The notes below the pieces were generated by a model. It had not been told where the DNA came from. It saw nothing but the letters and a program-made list of their open reading frames with translations, and made no database searches. This document shows positions 1 to 9,956 of a DNA stretch of 64,000 nucleotides, in pieces (within the stretch, counting starts at the first letter, position 1; every line of letters starts with the position of its first letter). Source of the stretch: Candidatus Omnitrophota bacterium. GTDB taxonomy: Bacteria > Omnitrophota > Gorgyraeia > Zapsychrales > Zapsychraceae. The DNA is taken from NCBI GenBank assembly GCA_029261065.1, contig JAJDCB010000030.1:132876-196875 (forward strand), in the 5' to 3' direction. The position numbers were made by a program, and so were the translations under genes.

Positions 1-1443
1 GTTCGTTCGATGGAGAATATCGCGGAGGGAAAAATATTTAGTCGTGATAAGTTGTCTGTGGATATTGCAAGTATACGAAATCTTTATTTTGATCGCGGTT
101 ATATTTTTGCTCAAGTAGAAGAAGCAACTTCTTTAGATCCAGATTCTGGTGAAGTTGAAGTAAAGATTGAAATAGAGGAAGGTGGGCTAGCTTATATAGA
201 ACGTGTCAAAATTCAAGGGAATACACGAACAAGAGATATTGTTATCCGTCGAGAACTTAAGATGTCGCCAGGAGATCGATTTGATGGAGCAAAATTGCGT
301 AGAAGTAAAGAAAGGCTTAATAATTTAGGCTATTTTGAAGAGGTTGGTTTTGATATAGAAGATTCCGATAGTTATGATCGCAAAAATCTAGTCGTTAATG
401 TTAAAGAAGCAAAGACCGGAACCTTTAGTTTTGGTGGTGGTTTTTCTACCGTTGATCAAATTGTCGGTTTTGTTGAAATTGAACAGCGTAATTTTGATTT
501 TACAAATTGGCCTACTTTTACAGGAGGCGGGCAGCAATTATCATTAAGAGCAGAAACAGGTTCAACACGAAATAATCTACGATTAAGTTTTACCGAACCT
601 TGGATTTTCGATCATCCTATATCGGGAGGATTTGATGTTTTTAAATCTGATCGGGACCGAGAAGAAGATATCGGTTTTGCTTATGATGAGCAACGTATTG
701 GTGGGGTTCTTCGTTTTGGAAAACAATTTACAGAATATGTCACAGGTAAAGTGTCGTATAAAAACGAAAAAGTTACCATTGAAAATTTTGAAGACGATGT
801 TTCAGCCGACCTACTGGCTGAAGAAGGCGCCAATCGCGTCAGTGTGGCAGGTTTTAGTGTTACTAGAGATACCCGTGATAGCGTTTTTAGTCCCAAAAAA
901 GGGCTTAAAGTGGGTACAAGTTTCGATCTAGCAGGTGGTTTTTTAGGCGGAGATAAGGATTTTTATCGAGTTGAAACAGAAACATTGTATTACATTCCTC
1001 TCAAATTTAAGTCTGTTGTAGAGCTTCATTTAAGAACAGGTATTATCGATGCCTACGGTGATTCTACAAAGGTGCCTATTTTCGAACGCTTTTTTGCCGG
1101 TGGAGCTAGAACGATAAGAGGTTATGAAGAAAGAGGCGTCGGACCTCTTGATTCCCTTACAACGGATCCTATTGGTGGAGAAAGTATGGTTATTGCCAAT
1201 ATCGAATATACCGTACCTCTCATTGAATTTATCAAATTAGCAGCGTTTTTTGACGTTGGTAATGTTTGGGCTGATTTAAATGATTTTGGCTCTGGCGAAT
1301 TTAAGTCAGGAACAGGTCTTGGTTTGAGAATTAAAACACCGATTGGGCCTGTCAATCTAGACTATGGTTATCCTCTCAACGATGAGCCTGGTGAGGTGGA
1401 TCGAACAGGTAAGTTTTATTTTAGTGTAAGTCGTGGTTTTTAA
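1..1443 (+). CDS. bamA: Outer membrane protein assembly factor BamA (Omp85). The C-terminal POTRA and beta-barrel part is present and the 5' end is cut by the window edge.
   Basis: The reading frame is open from base 1. The protein contains the 'VKIQGNTRTRDIVIRRELKMSPGDRFD' POTRA5 motif and a C-terminal beta-barrel ending '...YFSVSRGF' (terminal aromatic). It sits directly upstream of skp-lpxD as in the classical bamA-skp-lpxD cluster. Confidence 0.9.
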   Translation, partial: VRSMENIAEGKIFSRDKLSVDIASIRNLYFDRGYIFAQVEEATSLDPDSGEVEVKIEIEEGGLAYIERVKIQGNTRTRDIVIRRELKMSPGDRFDGAKLRRSKERLNNLGYFEEVGFDIEDSDSYDRKNLVVNVKEAKTGTFSFGGGFSTVDQIVGFVEIEQRNFDFTNWPTFTGGGQQLSLRAETGSTRNNLRLSFTEPWIFDHPISGGFDVFKSDRDREEDIGFAYDEQRIGGVLRFGKQFTEYVTGKVSYKNEKVTIENFEDDVSADLLAEEGANRVSVAGFSVTRDTRDSVFSPKKGLKVGTSFDLAGGFLGGDKDFYRVETETLYYIPLKFKSVVELHLRTGIIDAYGDSTKVPIFERFFAGGARTIRGYEERGVGPLDSLTTDPIGGESMVIANIEYTVPLIEFIKLAAFFDVGNVWADLNDFGSGEFKSGTGLGLRIKTPIGPVNLDYGYPLNDEPGEVDRTGKFYFSVSRGF

Positions 1444-1551
1444 ACATTATCCGAAAAATTTGCGTTGAATTTATGCTAAAATACAGCCTTTTAGTTCGAC
1501 TTTAGCCTGAACGTAAAAAAGTGTATTTCTTATAAATTTGTGTTAATATGT

Positions 1552-1581
1552 GAACCCTGTACGGGTAACTGTGCAGGGTTC
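1552..1581 (+). promoter_or_regulatory. Stable hairpin with an 11-bp stem (one G-U pair) and an 8-nt loop in the bamA-skp intergenic region. It is not followed by a T-run, so it could be a 5'UTR or regulatory structure for skp.
   Basis: The sequence is gaaccctgtac-gggtaact-gtgcagggttc. It lies about 60 nt upstream of the skp RBS (aaggagg). Confidence 0.35.
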
Positions 1582-1640
1582 ATTACATATGATCGTTATA
1601 GTAATTTAAATTATGGTTTGATAATAAAGGAGGCAGAATT

Positions 1641-2141
1641 ATGAAAAATTTAAGAATTATTTCTATCTTGGTTTTGATGACGTTATTTTGTGTTTCAGGC
1701 GTACAAGCTAAAGATGCGGATAAAATTGGTTATGTCGATTTAAGCCGGTTATTTGATGAGTATTACAAAACAAAAGAGTATGACAAAGTATTAGAGGCAA
1801 AGCATAAAGAATTTGAAAAAGAAAGAAATGTTAAAATAGAGCAGGTTCGAGAGTCTCAAGGAAAATTAGGTGTTTTGACGGATGAAAAGAAACAAGAGCT
1901 AGAAGAAGAAATTGAAAAAATGAAAGCGAATCTTCTAGAGTATGACCGTCAGAATAAAACGGATTTAACAAAAGAAAGAAACGAAAAAATAAGAGAAATT
2001 CTTTTAGAGATTGAAAAAATAGTAAGTGATTATGCGGCTAAGAAAGAATTTACGCTTATCTTGAATGATCGTGTTCTTATTTATGGTGATCAAACAATTA
2101 ATTTAACTGAGTCTATTCTTTCAATTTTGAATGAAAAGTAA
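1641..2141 (+). CDS. skp: Periplasmic chaperone Skp/OmpH family
   Basis: It has a signal peptide, 166 aa, a charged K/E-rich coiled-coil, and lies between bamA and lpxD. Confidence 0.75.
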   Translation: MKNLRIISILVLMTLFCVSGVQAKDADKIGYVDLSRLFDEYYKTKEYDKVLEAKHKEFEKERNVKIEQVRESQGKLGVLTDEKKQELEEEIEKMKANLLEYDRQNKTDLTKERNEKIREILLEIEKIVSDYAAKKEFTLILNDRVLIYGDQTINLTESILSILNEK

Positions 2142-2195
2142 GAATCCTGTCGTTCTGTTGTTTTGGCACAGAAGATTATCATAAGGTAAGTTGTT

Positions 2196-3218
2196 ATGCG
2201 TAAGACCTTAAGTGAAATTGCTGCTATAGTCGGAGGCGAAGTAGACGGTGATGAAGATTTAATTATCACAGGACTAAACAGTATCCAAACTGCCAAAGAA
2301 GGCGAACTCACCTTTCTCTCCAACAATAAATATTTATCATTAGTAAAAGAAACAAAAGCCTCGGCCATCATGATTCCTCGGGATATGTCCATCCCGGGGA
2401 AATCTATTATACGCACCGATAACCCTTCTCTTGCCTTTGCTCAAGTGGCTTCTCAGTTAATTAAAGGGGAAGAAAAACATTTTGAGGGTATTCATCAAAG
2501 TGCTGTTATTGCCAAAGAAGTCTGCTTGGGTAAGAATGTTGCTATGGGTCCTAATGTTGTTATTGACAATAAGGTGACGATAGGCGACAACTCTATTATT
2601 TATGCCGGTTCTTATGTTGGGCATGATGCGCAAATCGGTCAAGATTGTTTGATTTATCCTAATGTAACGATCAGAGAGGAAAGTGTCATAGGCGACAGAG
2701 TTATTATTCACAGCGGAACAGTTATTGGATCAGATGGATTTGGTTATGAAAAGGTTGACGGGAAACATGTTAAGATTCCCCAAATTGGTATCACCGTCAT
2801 CGAAGATGATGTTGAGATAGGATCAAACGTTACTATTGATCGGGCTCGATTTAACAAAACACTTATCGGGCGAGGTTCGAAAATTGATAATCTTGTGCAG
2901 ATTGCGCACAATGTTGTTATTGGCGAATATTGTATCATTATTTCACAGGTAGGGATATCAGGTACTGTTGTCATCGAGAAAAATTCTATTTTGGCGGGGC
3001 AAGCTGGTGTTGCTGGTCATCTTACTATTGGAGAGGGTTCTGTTGTTGCCGCGCAAGCAGGTGTGACTAAGTCATTACCAGCTAACAGCTATGTGATGGG
3101 CTATCCTGCCAAACCGCATACCCAAGCCAAAAAGACGTATGCCTCATTACAAAAACTTCCAGAAAATATGAAAGAACTTCGAGCCTTAAAGAAACGTGTT
3201 GAAGAGTTAGAATCTTAA
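2196..3218 (+). CDS. lpxD: UDP-3-O-acylglucosamine N-acyltransferase LpxD
   Basis: 340 aa with N-terminal LpxD domain, hexapeptide-repeat left-handed beta-helix ('[31 protein letters not shown]...') and a C-terminal helical tail. Confidence 0.9.
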   Translation: MRKTLSEIAAIVGGEVDGDEDLIITGLNSIQTAKEGELTFLSNNKYLSLVKETKASAIMIPRDMSIPGKSIIRTDNPSLAFAQVASQLIKGEEKHFEGIHQSAVIAKEVCLGKNVAMGPNVVIDNKVTIGDNSIIYAGSYVGHDAQIGQDCLIYPNVTIREESVIGDRVIIHSGTVIGSDGFGYEKVDGKHVKIPQIGITVIEDDVEIGSNVTIDRARFNKTLIGRGSKIDNLVQIAHNVVIGEYCIIISQVGISGTVVIEKNSILAGQAGVAGHLTIGEGSVVAAQAGVTKSLPANSYVMGYPAKPHTQAKKTYASLQKLPENMKELRALKKRVEELES

Positions 3219-3239
3219 ATGAAATAATCATTTATAATT

Positions 3240-4568
3240 ATGAAACAAAAGACTATAGCTAAAGATTTAAAAATATCGGGTATAGGTTTACATACAGGTT
3301 GTGATGTCAATATCGTTATCAAACCATCAGATGTCGATACGGGGATTTCTTTTGTGCGTACAGATTTGCCCAACCATCCTAAGATTCATGTTAAACCTTC
3401 AGAGATTTGTTTTCAGTCTGATATGCAACGGTGCACGAGTATTGGACAAGGTGAGAGTGTTATTCACACCGTCGAGCATTTGATGAGTGTACTAAGTGGT
3501 TTGGGGATTCAAAATGTCATTATAGAAATAGATGCTATTGAATTGCCAGGATTAGATGGGAGTGGTTTAGAGTTTTTAAAAAAGATTAAAAAGGCGGGGG
3601 TTCTTGAGCAGGAAAAAAAGGCGAATGTATTTCGTGTTTATGAGCCCGTCGGCGTTGAAGCTAATGGCTCTTCTATATATATTGTTCCAGCCAATGATCT
3701 TAAAATTTCTTATACACTCGACTATGACCATCCTCAATTAAGATCTCAGTTTTATCAAACAATTGTTACGCCTCAAACATTTGAAAATGACATTGCCCCA
3801 AGTCGGACGTTTTGTATGGAAAGTGAAGCAAATGCGTTAAGAGAACATGGTTTAGGAAAGGGAGCAAATTATCAAAATACACTTGTTGTTGGTGAGAATG
3901 GTGTTTTAGAGAATAAGGTACGTTTTCCTGATGAATTTGCAAGACACAAAGTGTTGGATTTTATTGGAGATTTATATCTGTTGGGGATGCCTATTGTCGG
4001 ACATGTCTTTGCCGTTAAAAGTGGTCATTATCTTAATTTACAGATATTAAAGAAACTAAATCAACAAAAATTGAAATGGGAAAAAAAGCGCGAGGTTTTT
4101 GAATTTGACGAGACGGGTTTAAGAGAGATTTCAGTTGAGGAGATTATGCGAATTTTGCCTCATCGGTATCCCTTTTTGTTAGTGGATCGTGTTATAGAGA
4201 TTGAAAAGGGTAAGAAAGCTATTGGGATCAAAAATGTCACAATTAATGACAATTTTTTCCAAGGCCATTTTCCCTCACGTCCTGTAATGCCAGGGGTTTT
4301 GATGGTTGAGGCTATGGCTCAAACGGCTGGTGTTACTGTCTTGACGAATAAGGCTCATCGTGGTAAAGTAGCTTTTTTTATGGCTGTGGATAAGGTTAAG
4401 TTCCGCAAGGTCGTTAGCCCTGGAGACCAGCTTCTTATGGAGGTAGAGGTCGTTAGGGATCGGGAAAAAACGGCCCAAATTCGTGCGCAAGCTAAAGTGG
4501 GAGAAGAGGTTGTGGCAGAAGCGGATATGGTGTTTTCCTTTACAGATCGTAGCTTTTTGGAAGATTAA
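3240..4568 (+). CDS. lpxC-fabZ: Bifunctional UDP-3-O-acyl-GlcNAc deacetylase LpxC fused to 3-hydroxyacyl-ACP dehydratase FabZ
   Basis: The N-terminal ~280 aa are LpxC-like ('ISGIGLHTG', 'HTVEHLMSVLSGLGI', 'HKVLDFIGDLYLLG'). The C-terminal ~150 aa are a FabZ hotdog fold ('LPHRYPFLLVDRV', 'NDNFFQGHFP..PVMPGVLMVEAMAQ'). Confidence 0.9.
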   Translation: MKQKTIAKDLKISGIGLHTGCDVNIVIKPSDVDTGISFVRTDLPNHPKIHVKPSEICFQSDMQRCTSIGQGESVIHTVEHLMSVLSGLGIQNVIIEIDAIELPGLDGSGLEFLKKIKKAGVLEQEKKANVFRVYEPVGVEANGSSIYIVPANDLKISYTLDYDHPQLRSQFYQTIVTPQTFENDIAPSRTFCMESEANALREHGLGKGANYQNTLVVGENGVLENKVRFPDEFARHKVLDFIGDLYLLGMPIVGHVFAVKSGHYLNLQILKKLNQQKLKWEKKREVFEFDETGLREISVEEIMRILPHRYPFLLVDRVIEIEKGKKAIGIKNVTINDNFFQGHFPSRPVMPGVLMVEAMAQTAGVTVLTNKAHRGKVAFFMAVDKVKFRKVVSPGDQLLMEVEVVRDREKTAQIRAQAKVGEEVVAEADMVFSFTDRSFLED

Positions 4569-4634
4569 ATTAACGAAAAGAATTGTTTCTATTTGTTATT
4601 TTTCTTATAGAATAAGAATAGGTTTTTAGAAACT

Positions 4635-5426
4635 ATGGAAAATCTTAATATAAATATACATAAAACAGCTATCGTTCATCCAGGAGCTAAGCTTTCTCCA
4701 GGAGTTTCGATTGGTCCTTATGCCGTTATTGAAGGTCATGTCCAATTAGGCGAGAACGTAAGGGTTGCCTCTCACTGTGTGATTACCGGGCAGACTACCG
4801 TCGGAAGAAATTGTAAAATTTATTCAGGCGCTGTTATCGGTAGTGCCCCTCAAGATCGTAAGCATTCTGCTGACGATAACGTCTTTCTAAATATTGGTGA
4901 AAATAATATTATGCGCGAATATGTGACTATTAATCCAGGCACAGCGCAGGGTGGTGGTAAGACTGTTATTGGTAATGATAATCTTATTATGGCTTATGCC
5001 CATATTGCCCATGATTGCGTTATTGGTAACAATTGTGTGATGGCTAATGCTGCGACGCTGGGTGGTCATGTGACGCTTGAAGATAATGCTGTTATTGGTG
5101 GTTTAAGTGCCGTACATCAATTTGTTCGCTTGGGACGTTTATCTATTGTGGGTGGTTGCTCTAAAGTTGTCCAAGATGTCCCACCATTCTCGATGTGTGA
5201 TGGTCATCCTGTTAAGGTTATTCGAACGAATACGATTGGTCTTAAGCGTACACAAATTACGGAGGACGCCGCACGTGCTCTCAAACAAGCTTTTAAAATA
5301 TTATTTCGATGTGGCTTATCTAAGTCATCAGCCCTTGAGCGCATTGCTGCCGAATTAAAGCCTTGTCCTGAATTGGAACATTTAATGTTTTTTGTTAAAA
5401 CTTCTGAAAGAGGTTTGTGTAGTTAA
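4635..5426 (+). CDS. lpxA: Acyl-ACP--UDP-GlcNAc O-acyltransferase LpxA
   Basis: 263 aa with hexapeptide repeats and an N-terminus 'IHKTAIVHPGAKLSPGVSIGPYAVIEGHVQLGENV' typical of LpxA. Confidence 0.9.
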   Translation: MENLNINIHKTAIVHPGAKLSPGVSIGPYAVIEGHVQLGENVRVASHCVITGQTTVGRNCKIYSGAVIGSAPQDRKHSADDNVFLNIGENNIMREYVTINPGTAQGGGKTVIGNDNLIMAYAHIAHDCVIGNNCVMANAATLGGHVTLEDNAVIGGLSAVHQFVRLGRLSIVGGCSKVVQDVPPFSMCDGHPVKVIRTNTIGLKRTQITEDAARALKQAFKILFRCGLSKSSALERIAAELKPCPELEHLMFFVKTSERGLCS

Positions 5427-5509
5427 AAAGATTTATTTAGGAGTTTCGAAGCTTTAGCGAAATTCCAGGTTGGCTTAATACCCGGTAGTTCATATTTTTG
5501 TTTTAAGGA

Positions 5510-5552
5510 CCAAAGACTTTATTTTATGTAAAGCTTTGGTTTTTGTTTTTTA
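5510..5552 (+). terminator. Terminator-like hairpin (ccaaag...ctttgg) followed by TTTTTGTTTTTT between lpxA and lpxI. It may act as an attenuator or leaky terminator.
   Basis: Inverted repeat at 5510..5539 followed by a T-rich run at 5540..5552, 15 nt before the lpxI start. Confidence 0.35.
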
Positions 5553-5566
5553 TAAGGAATAATTTT

Positions 5567-6376
5567 ATGGAGAAAAAAGTATTAGGGTTAATTGCAGGTA
5601 ATGGCAAGTTCCCCATTGTGTTTGCTAAAAAAGCAAAACAGCAAGGTTATAAGGTTATTACAGCGGGTGTCAAAGGTGATACACTTTTTTTTCTAAAATA
5701 TATGGTAAATAGCTTTTCTATGTTTGACGTCGGTGATTTAAAGGGGTTGTTTGATTATTTTAAAGCCGAAGGTGTTAGTCAAGTGATTATGGCGGGACAA
5801 GTTAATCCAAAAAATTTATTTAAAAAAGATGTTCAATTAGATCAAGAGTTTCAAACTATTTTTGATGCCATTCGTGATCGTAAAGCTGATACAATTTTTA
5901 GTGCTGTTGCCGATAAATTAAAAAACCATGGCATGGAATTGATTGATTCGACGTTTTTATTGCAGGAATATTTAGCGCCAAAAGGAACAATAACGAAACG
6001 CGGACCGACACTAAGAGAATTAGATGATATCGCTTTTGGCAAAGAGATCGCCAAACAAATGGGTGAGATTGATGTTGGTCAAACGGTTGTCATTAAAGAA
6101 AAAGCGATTGTTGCTATTGAGGCGATGGAGGGAACTGATAAAACGATTGATCGCGGTGGTCGCATGGCCCAAGAAGGGGCTGTTGTGGTTAAAATGAGCA
6201 AGCCGGATCAAGACTTTCGTTTTGATGTTCCTGTTATCGGTCCAAGAACAATTCACACCATGATAAAATCTCAAGCCCAATGCTTAGCCATTGAAGAAGG
6301 TAAAACCATTATCATCGATTATGCGAAATGTGTAAAAATGGCAAATAAAGCCGGTATTTGTGTTGTTTGTGCGTAG
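5567..6376 (+). CDS. lpxI: UDP-2,3-diacylglucosamine hydrolase LpxI (DUF1009 family) rather than LpxH
   Basis: The N-terminus 'KKVLGLIAGNGKFPIVFAKKAKQQG' matches the LpxI signature. It is ~270 aa and follows lpxA. The start was moved to the ATG at 5567, the second in-frame Met of the 5543 ORF. Confidence 0.7.
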   Translation: MEKKVLGLIAGNGKFPIVFAKKAKQQGYKVITAGVKGDTLFFLKYMVNSFSMFDVGDLKGLFDYFKAEGVSQVIMAGQVNPKNLFKKDVQLDQEFQTIFDAIRDRKADTIFSAVADKLKNHGMELIDSTFLLQEYLAPKGTITKRGPTLRELDDIAFGKEIAKQMGEIDVGQTVVIKEKAIVAIEAMEGTDKTIDRGGRMAQEGAVVVKMSKPDQDFRFDVPVIGPRTIHTMIKSQAQCLAIEEGKTIIIDYAKCVKMANKAGICVVCA

Positions 6377-6446
6377 TTGTTTTATAATCAAAAATGCACC
6401 TTTTTATCTTCCCCGCGTTTCCTATTAACCCATAAGCCTATTTGGA

Positions 6447-6475
6447 TTGACACCCCATTTCTTTTTCTATATAAT
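6447..6475 (+). promoter_or_regulatory. Near-consensus sigma70 promoter (TTGACA, 17 nt, TATAAT) upstream of lysS
   Basis: TTGACA at 6447-6452, a 17-nt spacer, TATAAT at 6470-6475, and the lysS ATG 53 nt downstream. Confidence 0.5.
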
Positions 6476-6528
6476 CATTAGATTATAAATTCTATTAATA
6501 TTAGTATTATCCAAGGACGTTATAATTT

Positions 6529-7965
6529 ATGGAAGTTGATGAAATTAAGAGAGTTAGGTTAGATAAGCTGCAAGTTTTTCTCGATCGTGGCCTAACAGGT
6601 TACGGAGGGAAATTTGAGCCTTCCCATTCTATTGAAGAAACCCTTAAAGATTTTAAAGAAGGCGAAGAGGTTACCCTTGCTGGGCGATTAATGGCCGTTC
6701 GCGGTCATGGTAAGGTCTTTTTCGCTGATATCATGGATCAAACAGGAAAGATTCAGATATTCTTGAAATCTGCCATTATAGATATGGACATCATCAAAGC
6801 CTTGGATATTGGAGATATTATCGGTATTACAGGTGAGACATTTCAGACCAAAATGGGTCAAGACAGTGTCCGCGTTTCTGAATTAACCATGCTTTCAAAA
6901 TCATTAATGACATTACCTGAGAAGTGGCATGGCCTAAAGGATGTGGAGATTCGTTACAGACAACGATACGTTGACCTCATTGCCAATCCTGAAGTCCGCG
7001 ATGTTTTTATAACACGAAGTCGCGTTGTCAGCAAAATTAGAAGTTATCTAGATGAAAGAAAGTTTCTCGAAGTAGAAACGCCTATGCTTCAACCCATGGC
7101 AGGAGGCGCGCGAGGTCGACCATTTAAAAGCCATCACAACGCCTATGATTTAGATGTTTATATGCGCATTGCCCCAGAATTATATTTAAAGAGACTTCTT
7201 GTCGGCGGTTTAGAACGTGTTTATGAAATAAACCGAAACTTCCGTAACGAAGGTATCTCCACACGACACAATCCTGAATTTACTATGTTAGAAGTTTATC
7301 AATCTTATGGCGACTATGAAGACATGATGAAGCTAACAGAGGATCTCATTAGTTTATTAGCTAAAGAGTTAACTGGTTCCTACAAAGTTCCTTATCAAGG
7401 CAAAGAAATAGATTTTACGACGCCTTGGGAGCGACGATCATTTGCAAAAGTCATTAAAGATAAGTTTGATATCAATCCAGAAGATGATGCCACAACGATG
7501 TTAGATAAGGTTAAGGCCAAAAAGAAAGGGGCTATTAAGCTTGATAAGTTAACGCGTTCGGCTGTTATGACGATTGTTGAAGATATGCTAGAGGAAGATG
7601 AGATTGTAAATCCCGTTTTCTTTACTGATTACTTCACTTTTCTTTGTCCTTTGGCCAAAACATTACCAGAAAACCCTGCCATTTCTGCTCGTTTTGAATG
7701 TTTTATTGCGGGGATGGAAGTGGGCAATGCATACTCTGAGCTTAATGATCCACTAGAACAACGCCGACGCTTGGAAGAAGATCTAGAAGATGATGTTGAA
7801 ACCGGCAATCGATCTTTAGATGAAGATTTTTTAAATGCTTTGGAATACGGGATGCCACCGGCGGGTGGTTTAGGTATTGGTATTGATCGTTTAGTCATGC
7901 TTCTTACAGATTCTCCGTCGATTCGTGATGTGATTTTGTTTCCCTTATTAAAACCTGTGCAATAA
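6529..7965 (+). CDS. lysS: Lysyl-tRNA synthetase (class II)
   Basis: 478 aa with an OB anticodon-binding N-domain and class II motifs ('[23 protein letters not shown]', '[20 protein letters not shown]'). Confidence 0.95.
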   Translation: MEVDEIKRVRLDKLQVFLDRGLTGYGGKFEPSHSIEETLKDFKEGEEVTLAGRLMAVRGHGKVFFADIMDQTGKIQIFLKSAIIDMDIIKALDIGDIIGITGETFQTKMGQDSVRVSELTMLSKSLMTLPEKWHGLKDVEIRYRQRYVDLIANPEVRDVFITRSRVVSKIRSYLDERKFLEVETPMLQPMAGGARGRPFKSHHNAYDLDVYMRIAPELYLKRLLVGGLERVYEINRNFRNEGISTRHNPEFTMLEVYQSYGDYEDMMKLTEDLISLLAKELTGSYKVPYQGKEIDFTTPWERRSFAKVIKDKFDINPEDDATTMLDKVKAKKKGAIKLDKLTRSAVMTIVEDMLEEDEIVNPVFFTDYFTFLCPLAKTLPENPAISARFECFIAGMEVGNAYSELNDPLEQRRRLEEDLEDDVETGNRSLDEDFLNALEYGMPPAGGLGIGIDRLVMLLTDSPSIRDVILFPLLKPVQ

Positions 7966-7986
7966 AGAAATGATGTATCCTTTTAT

Positions 7987-9180
7987 ATGAGCTACGAAAA
8001 TTGGATTAGTTATCGTTATTTGAAAACAAACAAAGGCCGTTTTATTAGTTTCTTGAACTTTGTTTCTATCTCGGGTATTGCAATTGGTGTTATGGCTTTA
8101 ATTGTTGTGATTGGAGTTATGACCGGTTTTGGAAACAACTTGCGAGAAAAGATTATTGGTACAACGCCACATGTCATGATTGAGAAAGAGACAGGTGTTA
8201 AGAATTATCAGGACATTCTTAATCAAGTCAAATCTATTGAAGGCGTTGAAGGGGCCGCTCCTTATGTGCAAGGAAATATATTTATTGAAAGTTCAGGGCA
8301 AGCGTTAGGGCTCGTTGTTCGTGGTATCGACATTGATCATGAAGCTCAAGTGACCAGTGTTGGGCAATATTTGAAAGAGGGGAAGCTTAGCGATTTAGGT
8401 GCAGAGAAAATTATCATCGGAAGTGAGCTAGCGAGATACTTTGGGTATAGCATTGGCGATCAACTAACACTTATTTCTCCTGGTTCGGGTATAGCAGGAG
8501 AAGGGTGGCGTTATGAGTTAGAGGTGGCAGGAATTTTTTCAACAGGTGTTTCAGATTACGACACCAATTTAGTTATCGTCAATTTAAAACAAGCCCAACA
8601 GATATTTAATTTTGATGAGACAACCTCAACGGGAATTGGTGTTAAGTTAACAAACCCAGATCATGCCAATGATGTGAAGTTAAAAATTAATGAAATGTTA
8701 GGTTTTGGTTTTTTAGTTAAGACATGGGTTGATATGAATCGTAATTTGTTTGAAGCTCTGTTCCTTGAGAAGTGGGGTTTATTTATTATTCTTACACTCA
8801 TGGTTCTTGTTGCGTCATTTAATATAATCAGCACGTTAATTGTAACAGTCACAAGTAAAGTTCATGATATTGGCATTTTGCAATCGATTGGTGTTCCCAA
8901 ACGATCGATACGTACAATATTTATTAAGCAAGGAATTTATATTGGTCTTCTCGGAATTTTTTGGGGGCTGGCTTCAGGGCTTGGAATAAGTTACGTTTTA
9001 CACACCTTTGTTGAAGTTCCTGAACAAATTTATTCTATTGATCGCGTCCCTGTTGATATTCAAGCCTTTGATGTTGCAGCCATTGTCTTTTCTGCCTTTT
9101 TCATATGTTTCTTTGCAACTATTTATCCAGCTTCGAAAGCGGCTGGCTTACAGCCTGTGGATGCATTGCGATATGAGTAA
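7987..9180 (+). CDS. lolC: Lipoprotein-releasing system permease LolC/LolE (FtsX/MacB-type)
   Basis: 397 aa with a TM helix, a periplasmic MacB-like domain and a C-terminal FtsX 3-TM module. It is followed by the lolD-like ATPase. Confidence 0.8.
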   Translation: MSYENWISYRYLKTNKGRFISFLNFVSISGIAIGVMALIVVIGVMTGFGNNLREKIIGTTPHVMIEKETGVKNYQDILNQVKSIEGVEGAAPYVQGNIFIESSGQALGLVVRGIDIDHEAQVTSVGQYLKEGKLSDLGAEKIIIGSELARYFGYSIGDQLTLISPGSGIAGEGWRYELEVAGIFSTGVSDYDTNLVIVNLKQAQQIFNFDETTSTGIGVKLTNPDHANDVKLKINEMLGFGFLVKTWVDMNRNLFEALFLEKWGLFIILTLMVLVASFNIISTLIVTVTSKVHDIGILQSIGVPKRSIRTIFIKQGIYIGLLGIFWGLASGLGISYVLHTFVEVPEQIYSIDRVPVDIQAFDVAAIVFSAFFICFFATIYPASKAAGLQPVDALRYE

Positions 9181-9230
9181 CCCGGCGTCTCTAGACGCTG
9201 AGGACTCGGCCCCGCCAAGACGGGGACGGG
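9181..9230. promoter_or_regulatory. Two short GC-rich hairpins (gcgtc-tcta-gacgc and ccccg-ccaaga-cgggg) in the lolE-lolD intergenic spacer
   Basis: A locally GC-rich palindromic sequence in an otherwise AT-rich genome. Its function is unknown. Confidence 0.25.
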
Positions 9231-9263
9231 TTAAATATTTAGAAGGCTTGGTAAGTTAAAAAA

Positions 9264-9941
9264 ATGTTACTTGAAGCAAATAATATTAGTAAAGCATACA
9301 AATTGCCGCGTAATACTCTTGAGGTTTTAAAAGGAGTAAGTCTTAAGGTTAATGAAGGCGAAATTTTGGCGGTTGTCGGACCATCGGGAGCTGGTAAGTC
9401 GACGTTGTTGCATATTTTAGGTGGGTTAGATAATCCTAGTCAAGGCGAAGTGTTGTTAGATGATGTTGATCTCTATTCATTAAATGATGTTGCCCGAGCA
9501 AAAGTGCGTAATCAGAAATTAGGGTTTGTCTTTCAATTTTATCATTTATTGCCAGAGTTTGATGCTCTTGAAAATGTTTTGTTGCCTCTGATGATTAAAG
9601 AAAACAGCGGTAACACCAAACATGTCGAATCTGTCGCTTTAAGTTTATTGGATCGCGTAGGTCTTAAAGAACGAGCAACACATAAACCTTCGGAGTTATC
9701 AGGAGGGGAGCAGCAAAGGGTAGCGATCGCGCGCGCGTTGGTTAATCAACCTAAGCTGATTCTGTGTGATGAACCAACAGGAAATTTAGATTCGGCCAGT
9801 GGCCAACATATTATAGATTTATTATTTGAACTGAGTTCCAAGAATAACCAGACGCTTGTAATTGTTACACATGATGAGAACATCGCTAAGTTATCTCATC
9901 GAACAATTCATCTTCGAGATGGTCAATTACAAAGTATGTAA
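9264..9941 (+). CDS. lolD: Lipoprotein-releasing ABC transporter ATP-binding protein LolD
   Basis: Walker A 'GPSGAGKST', ABC signature 'LSGGEQQRVAIARAL', Walker B 'ILCDEPTGNLD', 225 aa. Confidence 0.85.
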   Translation: MLLEANNISKAYKLPRNTLEVLKGVSLKVNEGEILAVVGPSGAGKSTLLHILGGLDNPSQGEVLLDDVDLYSLNDVARAKVRNQKLGFVFQFYHLLPEFDALENVLLPLMIKENSGNTKHVESVALSLLDRVGLKERATHKPSELSGGEQQRVAIARALVNQPKLILCDEPTGNLDSASGQHIIDLLFELSSKNNQTLVIVTHDENIAKLSHRTIHLRDGQLQSM

Positions 9942-9956
9942 GAGTAAAGAGAGGAT

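Noticed and set aside
632-931. Antisense or alternative-frame ORFs inside bamA (632..931 +, 681..896 -, 1122..1355 -)
   Set aside because: They are fully embedded in a well-supported gene, have no RBS and a composition typical of off-frame translation.
6377-6528. Fragment 'cttccccgcgtttcc' upstream of lysS as a further copy of the REP-like element
   Set aside because: Only a half-site-like fragment is present. It has no complementary arm, so it is not counted as a repeat copy.
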